NCBI GenBank assembly: GCA_051362555.1
Contig: CM120644.1
Location: 14,198,768 to 14,262,767 of the forward strand
Direction: 5' to 3'
DNA from: Lingula anatina
Lineage: Eukaryota; Animalia; Brachiopoda
DNA: 64,000 nucleotides
Under the pieces are notes generated by a model, which was given only the letters and a program-made list of their open reading frames with translations, was not told where the DNA came from and did no database searches. The translations under genes were made by a program, and so were the position numbers. This document shows, piece after piece, positions 26,401-37,769 of this stretch (the stretch's first letter is position 1; every line of letters starts with the position of its first letter).

Positions 26401-29047
26401 AATTAGATTTGGACCTCAGTTATTAATATAATTATTTGAGAAAATAATCATAGTTGAATTGCTAAAATGGCAGCCAATCATAGATGGCAACAGATTTATG
26501 TTAATTTTACCTCTTATTATTGAAAGTAGCTTTTTGTAAACTTTGAAAGCAGCATTGGAATTGAAGAGTGTTAGGATTCTGGATATGCTGATATGATGTG
26601 AATTGCATAATTACTGTTTTCAGTGATTGTTACTCCTATACCCTCTTTTTTAAGTGTAAAAACCTGGAACCCAAGGTGGACATCACAAAACATAGTTTAT
26701 ACATATTGCTATACCACAAGATAATTTAAATATTTGTAGACCATATTGAGTTATTACAAATGTTCACGATCTTGGCTTCATATTATTCAAATTTCAATAC
26801 ATCAAAATGTAATAACAATAACAAAAGAATAAATACAGATTGAAAGAAGGCAATTTTGGAGAAAAATCTACAATATTTGAAGTTGGGACAGTAATATGTA
26901 CCAAAGTAAATCACCCGGGATTTGCTGAGGACATTTTGGATTTCAAGTGTTTTTGTTCTTAAAATGATAACTATAGGAGTAAAAACACTATAAGCAATAA
27001 GTAAATACTAAATACCATATGGATATCAAAATACTTAACATTTCTCGATCCCATTAAATTTATAAAACTTTCAACATTAATAACTTTAACAGTAGAAACA
27101 GGTTAAGAAATCAACTCAAATTGGCCGCCATTTTGATATTGCTGTCATCTTCATATTTTTAATAAGTTTACATTATTGTTAAAGTTGATATATTTGAAAT
27201 GTATGAGATTTTTCTTAGTCTCAGAAATGTCAATTTCGAACCCCTGTGTTAGTATGGTAATGGCTGGGTCAGTCATCCCACCACCAGTTTAATAGAAAAC
27301 AAGCAGAAAATGAGATTTTAGGATGTAAGCTATATATAATAGTAAATAAAAGTCGCTAAGAGGGGTGGGGTTCAGCTTAATAGAATAAATCTAAGTAACA
27401 TTCTTTTGGAATATAATTTTCTATCAATTTTTTAGCCAGAGTGTATCATATTGACTGTAAATATATAGTCCCCTATACTCATTGACTGCCATTTCTTTCA
27501 AATGCGACAGAATACATATGCAATAGTATTTAAACTCAAAAGTATTCTTTTCCATGTCAAATGTGAGTGATTACCATGTACATAAAACGGTGTGCGATTT
27601 TTTACGTCAAATGTGAGTGATTTGTATTTATTATGGGATATTATGTGTCTTTTATCTAATCTTCGGTTATTGTTGACCATTTGATCTTTCTTTTTATGTA
27701 CAGACACAGATGAATACATGTAGCCATCACATGCGTCTGTCGTCGCCGTCGTCGTCGCCGTGCACTTTTACCGATAACACGATAAGTGGAAAACCATTTT
27801 ACCTTTTGGCTTGAAACTTACAGCGCTGATGAATATTCATAATACGCAGGCCAAGTTCGAAAATCATTATGCTCGGGTCATTTTTATGGAAGTTATGCTG
27901 TTTTTTTTTTTCACATTTTCAGCATTTTATAACACCAATAACACAATAAGTGAAAAACCGTTGTACTTTTTGGCTTGAAACTTACAGACCTAATGAATAT
28001 TCACAATACGCAGGTCAAGTTTGAAAATAAGCATGATTGGACTATTTTTACAAAAGTTATGCTGTTTTTTCTTTATTTAGCATATGTGCAACACCGATAA
28101 CACAATAAGTGGAAAACCGTTTTTTCTTTTGGATTGAAATTTACAGAACTGATTAATATTCATAATACGTAGGTCAGCTTTGAAAATCAGCTTGATTGGA
28201 CTATTTTTACAAAAGTTATGCTGTTTTTTTTCTTTATTTAGCATTTATGCAACACTGATAATGCATTTTAAGGAAAAACGATCAGCCTTTTGTCTTGCAA
28301 CTCACAGGAGTGATCAATCTGACTAGTATACAGATCAAGTTTGAAAATAAGCTTGATCAGTTAAGTTTTGATGAAGTTATTAGCCTTTATTATGCAAGTG
28401 GTTTTTTCAGATTTAATTCTTAGGCATGTTAACAGTCTAATTATGGAACTAATTAGATATGTAAAAGTGTTTTTTTGACATTTTCTGCTTCTTAACAATA
28501 TTGATAGTTGCTTATATAAAAATGACAGTAAACCTGTCATCGTGCATTCTGTAATAAAGTATCAAAAATGGAAATGAACTCATATCATTGCAGTTCGTCA
28601 GATTCCATCTTTCACTAAGTTAAGAATCTCAGAATGGAGCAAGCTGGACATTTAAAACTGTTCCAGTGATATTTTTCCTTAGACAACATTTTTTTTTAAA
28701 TTGATCGTATAAAAATGACAGTAAATTAATTATTTTGTTTTACGTTAAGAAGGTGTTGAAAATGGAAAACGACTCTTTTCAATACAGTTATCTCTTGTTT
28801 ATATTTGGCGATTTTCAAAGTGTGACTCTGAACTCTAGTCACATTTTTTAAATATCCATCATAGTTTTATTTTATTATTAAATAATTGATGGTTATTATG
28901 CTGTTAAGCATTGTGTAATATTCCATCCAAATTGAACAAAACCCTATTTTGGGCACTGCCTCCATAGTGACCGTGAAAAGAAAACCATGTCATTTACTCT
29001 TCTCACACTAACAGGAAAGAAACATAGGACTGAAATACAGCTTCAGT

Positions 29048-29052
<5 letters not shown>

Positions 29053-29112
<60 letters not shown>
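29053..29112. repeat. (TA)n microsatellite
   Basis: About 30 TA units seen directly. Confidence 0.95.
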
Positions 29113-29115
<3 letters not shown>

Positions 29116-29148
29116 AACTCAAAGATTAAAAGTTTGAATAGTAGCTTC

Positions 29149-29601
29149 ATTACCTCGGCCAAGGAGGTTATGTTTTCACCCCTGTCTGTCTGTTTGTCAT
29201 CAACATAACTGAAAAAGTTATGAACCGATTTTGATGAAATTTTCAGGGTAGGAGGGAAATGGGTTAACTTAGAAGTGATTAGTTTTTGGTGGTGATCCGG
29301 ATCATTAATCAAACAGTAATAATCAAAAATCGCTGCCTTGGCGGAGGGCTGCGATCTCGGAGTGCTTTTCTAGTTGGAATTATATTTACCTAGGTTATGT
29401 TTTCACCCGCGTTTGTCTGTTTGTCTGTTATCAACATAACTCAAAAAGTTATGGACCGATTTTGATGAAATTTTCAGGAACTGTCAGAAGTTGGCCAATG
29501 AAGAGATAATTAGATTTTGGTGATGATCCGGATTAATAATCAATCAATAATCAATAATAATAAAAAAATTGCTGCCTGCGCTCTCGGAGTGCTTTTCTAG
29601 T
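29149..29601 (+). mobile_element. Two tandem short HINE-type elements of a second family, nested in HINE copy 2
   Basis: Subterminal repeats cctcggccaagg (29153) / ccttggcggagg (29336), GTCT microsatellite, 3' hairpin-like gcgatctcggagtgc then ttttctagtt. A second copy at ~29385-29601 shares body and 3' end. Confidence 0.7.
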
Positions 29602-31744
29602 TTTGTTATGTTTTCTTTTTAATTTATTCTTAAACACTGGCATTTGTGACCTTTAACTCCCATCCGCCTGAGGCTTTGCACATTTTCTGTGTTTCCACAT
29701 AAGCAGTTGTATTGGTATTCATGACTTTAAACATTATGTAATATTTTATGCACTGTCATCATTTTCAAATATTGGGACTTTCATCGTGTGAATTTGAACT
29801 CTCATGGTCCTGAAACTGTAATCTTATTGAAGGGGTGGATTGAGACCATCTTCTGGATCTTCCGGAAGATGGTCAGGTTTTTAAGTTTATATTGATTATT
29901 TCTTTCTGTTGGAAAACCATCAAAATGTAGGATGGATCAACATAGATACTTTGGAATACTGTCATAAAATATTGATATTGCAATTCTTTAATAATTAAAA
30001 CAAGAATTGAAATATTATAAATTATCAAAATTTCTTAGAAAACAACAAAGTTGGCCGCCATCTTGGATAATTTTGTTAAATGTTAAGTTCAGTGCACCTC
30101 TTTGACTACACGTTTTGAATGATTTTGAATTCTATTTAGTTAATGTATTTTAAATATTTTAGATTTTGTTGGTCCAAATGTAAATTTTTAACCCGTGTGT
30201 TACCATGGCAACGGCTGAAGCACACACACACCACCAGTTTAATGGTAAACAAGCAGAAAATAAAAGCTAATAAGGACTTAAGCTATCAGAAAAACATAGT
30301 GAACAAAAATCACTAAGGGGGAGGGTTTCGGTATTTGGCACACGGACTATATATATAAGTTCAAATTGTATTGCATCGGGATATCATTTCAAAATCGTAA
30401 TTAACACATTATTTTGATATTTCAGAACTTCCAACTCTGCGGTGATCCTTCAAAATACACGTGGGTCTGACTGCTAGAATCTTCCAAAGCCTTCCAGTCG
30501 TATTTTGGAACCTTACACGGGCGCACACTCACGCACTGACGTGCCCAAACGAACACGCAGCGCACATGTTATGTGGCGAAAATGGAACATGCTTTTTTGT
30601 GACTTTCAAACATTTTAGGACTACACCATCCACATGTCAGATTTCAACATATTTTAATATCTTAAAAAATGTGGTCGATCATATTCCCTTTTCAAATTAT
30701 TCTCAGTCATTGAGTATTTTTATTTTCAAATCATATTTTAATTGGGATGCATCTGATTCTATTTGAAACTCATTCAGCTTCTCTCCAATTTTATTATTGT
30801 GCAATGGTGTTATTATATTACTTAAGGGTTTAAAATGTCGATATAAATATTTATAGTATCTGTGTATTACAACTTTCAAACTTAAAGGTAAAAGTAACAT
30901 TTTCACAACGTTGCAGGTTAAAGTTTTAATTAATATACATTGGTTACATTAAATTAACTTGCATTGTAGGAGGCATTTTTATTTTGAAAGTTGTACGTGT
31001 TATGTGCCTGATCCAGTGAATGACGATCTAAAATCCAGAAGTCAAAGTAATATTAATTAAAATCTTCTCTAACTTAAATATATTTAAATTGCAGCAAAAA
31101 GGAAAAAAAACTTTTTAAATTTGTACAAATATGTGTTCAAAATTAACCATTTTTTTGTGCTGAGATCAAGATACGAAATATGCGGTGTAGTATATCACAA
31201 TATATATAGGTATTAAAATTCTGGATCTGCCAATTTGAAGATGTATCATGTCTGCTCAAATTAAAAAAAACGTCGCCCCTTGGCCTATCCTGTATACCGC
31301 ACTAAATGTATACACAATATAAAGTATTAATGACACTTTTAAATACCCATGGAGCACTTACATGTTTTACTTTCCCTGGATTTTAAATTTAGTTCGACAC
31401 TCTTTTAGATATTGGTTGTTCGACACCTTTTTAGATATTGACTTCTTTTAGTATATAGCGTGAACGCTGGTATTGAAATCCCAGTACAAACAAAGAAAGT
31501 ATTTGGAACAAGTTCCAATGCAAACCGTAACCACGCTTCCCAAATGTCAATAATTCATATTTTATTAAATTATTTGACTAGAGTCTGTGTCAATCTAAGT
31601 GTGCATATATATTTCTTCACCATGAATTTCTGTAGCAAAAAAATGCCCTAAATAAATAAATATCACACTGGAATGACTTTGTTTTATAGTTTGATTTGAG
31701 TCTGGTTTGTGTGACTGCATAGATGTGGGAGAAGATTTCTTTTT

Positions 31745-32680
31745 GAAGGGTGACAAATGGGTCAAGTCCATTTGATTTGAGGGGTGACAGGTGGGGCCAG
31801 TCCATTCCATTTGAGGGGTGAAAGGTGGGGCGAGTCCATTCCATTTGAGGGGTGACAGGTGCGGCGAGTCCATTCCATTTGAGGGGTGACAGGTGGGGCG
31901 AGTCCATTCCATTTGAGGGGTGACAGGTGGGGCGAGTCCATTCCATTTGAGGGGTGACAGGTGCGGCGAGTCCATTCCATTTGAGGGGTGACAGGTGGGG
32001 CGAGTCCATTCCATTTGAGGGGTGACAGGTGGGGCGAGTCCATTCCATTTGAGGGGTGACAGGTGGGGCGAGTCCATTCCAATTGAGGGGTGACAGGTGG
32101 GGCGAGTCCATTCCAATTGAGGGGTGACAGGTGGGGTCAGTCCATTCCAATTGAGGGGTGACAGGTGGGGCGAGTCCATTCCATTTGAGGGGTGACAGGT
32201 GGGGCGAGTCCATTCCATTTGAGGGGTGACAGGTGGGGCGAGTCCATTCCATTTGAGGGGTGACAGGTGGGGCGAGTCCATTCCAATTGAGGGGTGACAG
32301 GTGGGGCGAGTCCATTCCAATTGAGGGGTGACAGGTGGGGCCAGTCCATTCCAATTGAGGGGTGACAGGTGGGGCGATTCCATTCCATTTGAAGGGTGAC
32401 AGGTGGGGCGATTCCATTCCATTTGAGGGGTGACAGGTGGGGCGAGTCCATTCCATTTGAGGGGTGACAGGTGGGGCGAGTCCATTCCAATTGAGGGGTG
32501 ACAGGTGGGGCCAGTCCATTCCAATTGAGGGGTGACAGGTGGGGCGATTCCATTCCATTTGAAGGGTGACAGGTGGGGCGATTCCATTCGATATGAGGGG
32601 TGACAGGTGGGGCCAGTCCATTTGATATGAGGGGTGACAGGTGGTGCGAGTCCATTCCATTTGGGAGGTGACAGGTGGGG
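31745..32680 (+). repeat. 34-bp G-rich minisatellite, ~27 copies
   Basis: Unit gaggggtgacaggtggggcgagtccattccattt. The 34-aa periodicity of the minus-strand ORFs equals three 34-nt units. Confidence 0.95.
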
Positions 32681-33749
32681 TATAAAGAACACATTTTTAA
32701 TGGCGTTATCAAAGTTTTAAGGGGATATAAACTTGTATAATGTGGAAATAGACATTTTTTGTCTCAAAATTTGCTTTTCCACAATTTAATAAAAATGTAA
32801 TCTTTTTGTGTGAGCTTTTAAGACTATGTGGAAATAAATCTAGGTTGCAAAATTAAAGGATCAATATATTTTTATATTACTTTAATTAGACATTTTAAAA
32901 GTATCGGAATATGCAGAGCCCATGTTTTGTTGGAGAAGCAGATTTCAACTGTTACCATTTCAAAAAAGTGTGTGAACTTTCTCATTTTGTTTAAAATTGA
33001 AGCATTTATCTGTTAGGAAGCGCGTGAAATTTGAATCAATTTTCTGTAGAAAAAAAAAACTGAACTTTTCAAAAATGAACCTTTATTAAATTAAGAAAAT
33101 GATATCAGGGATGACGAACTAATTCATTTCAAGAGATAAAAAATTAACTATAGAATAAAATGTAGAATAGCTTTTCAAAAAGCAAGATCGTAAATTCATA
33201 CATATTGAGTATTTTAAGTATACATCTACACGATTTTCCAACAGCCCACATTTATAAATACAAACTCAATTATTTACAAAACACTGCATGTTAAAAAAAC
33301 CTACGCCATTTTATTTTACACATTCTATTACTGTAAAAATAATTAATTCCAAACTCAGTATTTACAGATCTGTTTTAGCAGACTAAATTTAAAAGTGCTC
33401 AGACTGTAATTATATCTTTATAATTTTACCCCTTTATTATTACTAATATTTTTATCATCATTATTGCATATAAAAGTGAAAAAAGCAAGGAATTACAAAT
33501 GTATTTATTCAACTTTAATACAATAGATGCATGAATGCACGAAGGGTTCCAGAACGTGGATGATAGGCTTGGTTGCTCGCAGGCGGGTGTCGTGCAGTTC
33601 TCAGCGGATTTCTGAAAAGAGAAGGTAATGTTAACATTATCGGGGAGGCTCGGAAGATACGACGCATGCTTTTTACACCAAAAAGAAGAGGGCACTTGAA
33701 ATGATGTGGATGTTTACTGACTTGTCCGATGTTCAGGCTCAGATAGCAC

Positions 33750-35515
33750 AAAAAGGCAGCAAAGCCATCAAATGTACAGACAAATAGCAGAAAATAAAGA
33801 TGCAGAATATAGGTCACTTTGTCAATTTTGCTGTAATAATAAGTAATGTTTATGACAGCACAGCCAATCAACACTAAATTAGGTAAGATGGTCGGTAAGA
33901 TTACGGTTTCAGGACCATGAGAGTTCAAATTCACATGATGAAAATCCCAATAAGTGAAAAATTATGACAGTGAGTTGCAAAACAATAGGCTCATTAGTTT
34001 TCCTTGAAATGTGTTATCAGTGTTGCATATATGCTGAAGAAAGAAAAAAACAGCATAACTTTTGAAAAAACAAGGCAGCAAAGCTGTAAAATGTACAGAC
34101 AAAAAGCAGGAAATAACTATGCACAAAATAGGCTACTGTCAATTCTGATGCAAAAGTACATTATGTTTAACTGCAAATTCATCATCAAATTTTAATTATG
34201 CTCAACAGGTAATACCAATGTAAGTAAAATGTGTAACAAGCATAAGGCTTCAGGCCCATCGGAGTTCAAGTTCACACTTTGAAAATGTATAACTTTCAGA
34301 AAAAGAAGCCAATTAGACTGCTTTTTCAACTCAGGCTGCATTTTAGTCCTGTATTCCTTTTTTGAAAGTTTGGCAATCATAAGTAACATGGTTTTCCCAT
34401 AATGGTCATCATGGCAGCAGCACCCAAAATTGTGTTTTCTTCTATTCTGATGCAATATTACATAATGGTTAACGGCATAATGACCGTCAATTTTTAATAA
34501 TAAAATATACGTATCATGGATTTTCAGAAAATGTGACTAGCATGGGTCTTCAAGCCCGTGGAACTTCAAAGTCACAACTTGAAAATGCCAAAATGTAAAC
34601 AAGGCAGCACTGTTCTGAAAGTTTTTTTTTTCCATTTTTAACAATTTTTAACATAAAACAAATGATCAACTAAGAAAATTGATGAGATGGGAAAAATATC
34701 AATAGAGCAGTGTTGATTGTCCATTTTCTTCCATTCTGAGATTATGAACATAGTGAATGATTGAATCTGACAAACTGCAATGATATGAGTTTATTTCCAT
34801 TTTTGAAACTTAATTACACAAAACACGATAACAAGTTTACCATCATTTTTACAAAATCAACTAACAATGTCGTAAAGAAGCTGGAAATGTCAAACAAACA
34901 CTTTTATGTATCTTATTATTTAAATAATGAAACTGTTAAAATGCCCAAGAATTGAATCTGAGGAAATGTGAAAAAACAGCGTAACTTCTAAAATAATGGC
35001 CCGATTATGCTGATTTTCGAACTTGACCTGTGTTTTAGCAGGATTGACCACTCCTGTGAGTTTAATAACAATAGGCCAATCTGTTTTTCTTATATTGTGT
35101 TTACAGTGTTGCATATATGCTGAAAAGTGAAAAAAATCATAACTACTAAAATAGTGGCCCAATCATACCGATTTTAGAACTTGACCTGCGTTTTAGTAAG
35201 ATCGATTACTCCTGTGAGTTTCATGACAACAGGCCTAAAGGTTTTCCTTGAAATGTGTTTACAGTGTTGCATATATGCTGAAAAGTGAAAAAAAACAGCA
35301 TAACTTTTACAATAATGACCCGATCATGCTGATTTTCGAACTTGACCTGCATTTTATGAATATTCATCAGCTCTGTAAATATAAAGCCAAAAAGTAAAAC
35401 TACCTTCCACTTATCGTGTTTACAATGAAAGTGCACGGCGACGGCGACGGCGACGGCGACGACAGACGCAGGTGATGGCAATATGTACAGACACATCTGT
35501 GTCTGTACATAAAAA
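33750..35515 (-). mobile_element. HINE-like element copy 3
   Basis: Reverse complement of copy 1: palindrome atgtacagacacatctgtgtctgtacat at ~35483-35510, (GGCGAC)n, ~161-bp cores, 3'-end modules at ~34070-34100 and ~33752-33782. Confidence 0.75.
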
Positions 35516-35644
35516 TGGTCTAATCATGCCCGATTTTCAAACTTGTCCTGCGTATTATGAATATTCAGCAGTTCTGTAAGTTACAAGCCAAAAAAGTAAA
35601 ACGGGTTTCTACTTATTTTTTATCGGTGTTGAATATTAACAAAA

Positions 35645-35675
<31 letters not shown>

Positions 35676-36195
35676 AGCATAATTTTTGTGAAAATGGACC
35701 AATCATGCTGATCTTAGAACTTGACCTGCGTATTATAAATATTCAGCAATTCTGTAAGTTTCAAGCCTAAGTGTAAAACGTTTTTCCACTTATCGTGTTA
35801 TCAGTGTTGCATATATCCTAAAAAAGTGATAAAAACACAACTTTTATGAAAATGGCTTGATCGTGCTGATTTTCCAACTTGACCTGCGTATTATGAATGT
35901 TCATCAGTTCTGTAAGTTTCAAGCCAAAAGGTGAAAGGGTTTTCCGCTTATCATGTTATCGGTGTTGCACACATGCTGAAAAAAAGTGAAAAAAAAACGG
36001 CATAACTGAGACAAAATGGTCCGATCATGCTGATTTCCTAACTTGACCTGCGGATTATGAATATTCAATAATTCTGTAAGTTTCAAGCCAAAAAGTAAAA
36101 TGGTTGTCGACTTATTGTGTTATTGGTGAAAGTGCACGGCGAAGACAGACGCAGGTGACGACAATGTGTACAGACACATTTGTGTCTGTACATAA
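35516..36195 (-). mobile_element. HINE-like element copy 4 (5' module plus core repeats), abutting copy 3
   Basis: tgtacagacacatttgtgtctgtacat at ~36167-36193 followed on the minus strand by about four ~161-bp cores. Confidence 0.72.
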
Positions 36196-36884
36196 CAAAG
36201 CAATCAACATTAAGGTTACCTTACGTCAAAATTAAGACCTCAAGTTAGTGATAAAGGTATTTGAGACACCATGCTTTGAGAAAAAAAAAAACATTTAACA
36301 TATTTGTTTAATTTGTGGAAGTTATTACAAGGGTCGTTTATTTACTTTACCTCCTATTTATCTTGTAATATCTAAAATAGCTATGCATCACACGTTTGAG
36401 GACCATACTGTATTTCTCTATTAATTTACAGGTTTTTCAACATAGCTTACAATCATTTTTACGGATACATGTATGATAAAATAAACAAACCTACAAGAAC
36501 TGAATTAAAGAAATGAAATGAAACTTCAAAGAGACAAAAGTAACCATAAGATAATTTTAATCAAAATGGTATTTTATTTCTTTCAAACTATCGTGATTGT
36601 CGTAAAAGGACACGTTTGATTTTTTGACAAACTTTCTCTATTAAATTTATGTATATGTTGATGGGTCAAAAATGCAGAACTGACAAGAACGGTATTAAGA
36701 CCTAAAATAGTCCGTGATCTTGGAAGTAATATGCCCATCTACATGTACTAATATGCTAGTTAATATAGACATACTGAGTAACAAAAATGACAAGCAAAGT
36801 ATAACAAAGAGTTGTAACATATATATACTTGTCGTAAATTTTCCATCTAATGTCATAGATCACTGAAGAAAAAGTAATACTTAC

Positions 36885-37006
36885 GAAGCATGCACTTGCT
36901 TCTACACCTCATAAAAGCTCGCCCTTGCGTCTGCACCACACATGCTGTTGCGTGTTCACCCAGCTGTATCCTACTGTCTAGTGAGAATTCGGGAAGACAG
37001 CTCGCA
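36885..37006 (-). CDS. Candidate internal exon of an unknown minus-strand gene
   Basis: Branch-like ctaat, acceptor cttgctcattgtag|, 40 open codons ASCLPEFSLDSRIQLGEHATACVVQTQGRAFMRCRSKCML, strong donor C|gtaagt; GC-rich relative to flanks. No recognised homology. Confidence 0.35.
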
Positions 37007-37289
37007 CTACAATGAGCAAGTTATTGTTATGCAAATTAGAGCCAGGTATGGCTCATTTTAGGTGAGGGACTGTGGTTGAAACTGTAGACGAATGTTCACG
37101 GTCAAATGCATGCACGCTCTAGTAGGGTCCCGAAAAAATTGGTGTTTTAGACCTATGATTCAGCTAGACGTTTTTGGTACGATTTTTGTAAATCAAAAGT
37201 CGAAGGGGAGGGTCCCCCTGCCACCCCCTAAATCCTCCACTGTGGTTGAAACTGTTCACAAATGTTCACGGTCAAATACATGTAGCCTA

Positions 37290-37526
37290 CAGTGGCGGAT
37301 TTAGGGGGTGTCGGGGGCGAGGTCCGGACCCTCCTCTTCGATTTCTCTTTACAAAAATTTTACCAAAAACGTCTAGCTGAATCATAGTTCTAAATGCGTG
37401 CAATTCCCCCTCTAAAACACCAAATTTTAGAGGGCCCTAGTGCGTGCCCCTAACCTAACGCCAAGGGGGTGAACCCGTAACAAAACCGGACAGATCCACC
37501 TTTAATAAATACTGGATCCGCCCCTG
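37290..37526 (+). mobile_element. hAT-like MITE (CAG...CTG ends), with an inverted partial copy at ~37110-37242
   Basis: Ends cagtggcggatttag / ctggatccgcccctg. The reverse complement of 37110-37242 reads cagtggaggatttagggggtg..taccaaaaacgtctagctgaatcatag. No clean 8-bp target duplication. Confidence 0.65.
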
Positions 37527-37769
37527 ATATACATGTACATGTAGATTTGACACCACTAGTTGTTAAAATACACCGCTTTAATCAACAAATATCATGCTTG
37601 CACCTTCTATCATGAATACTTTCATATTTCATATTTCTTTGATACTACCACAAAACTCAACACCAAGGAAATAAGGTGAATGCTGATATTTTATCAATTA
37701 ATAGGTATACTCCCCCCCCCAAAAAAAATGACCTTGTTTTAATATCGATTGAAACATGGCCATTATTAA

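Larger units (their letters stand above)
27690..29830 (+). mobile_element. HINE-like element copy 2 (3'-truncated), inserted in the foldback element
   Basis: Same 5' module tttttatgtacagacacagatg..gcgtctgtcgtcgccgtc..gtgcacttttaccgataacac, ~161-bp cores and downstream sequence as copy 1; 29770-29830 matches the reverse complement of ~33900-33955. Confidence 0.72.
24705..30349. mobile_element. 5.6-kb non-autonomous foldback DNA transposon, Academ-like (TAG...CTA ends, 3-bp TAT duplication)
   Basis: Ends tagtctatgggccaat / ttggcacacggacta flanked by tat. Three ~700-740-bp units forward (~24755, 25491, 26195) and inverted units ending ~27360 and ~30316. No transposase ORF. Confidence 0.65.

Noticed and set aside
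30421-30590. GC-richer stretch with a short open frame on the minus strand
   Set aside because: No convincing splice pair or recognisable homology.
31595-32712. 347-365 aa repetitive ORFs
   Set aside because: A by-product of the 34-bp minisatellite; the same peptide appears in all three frames.
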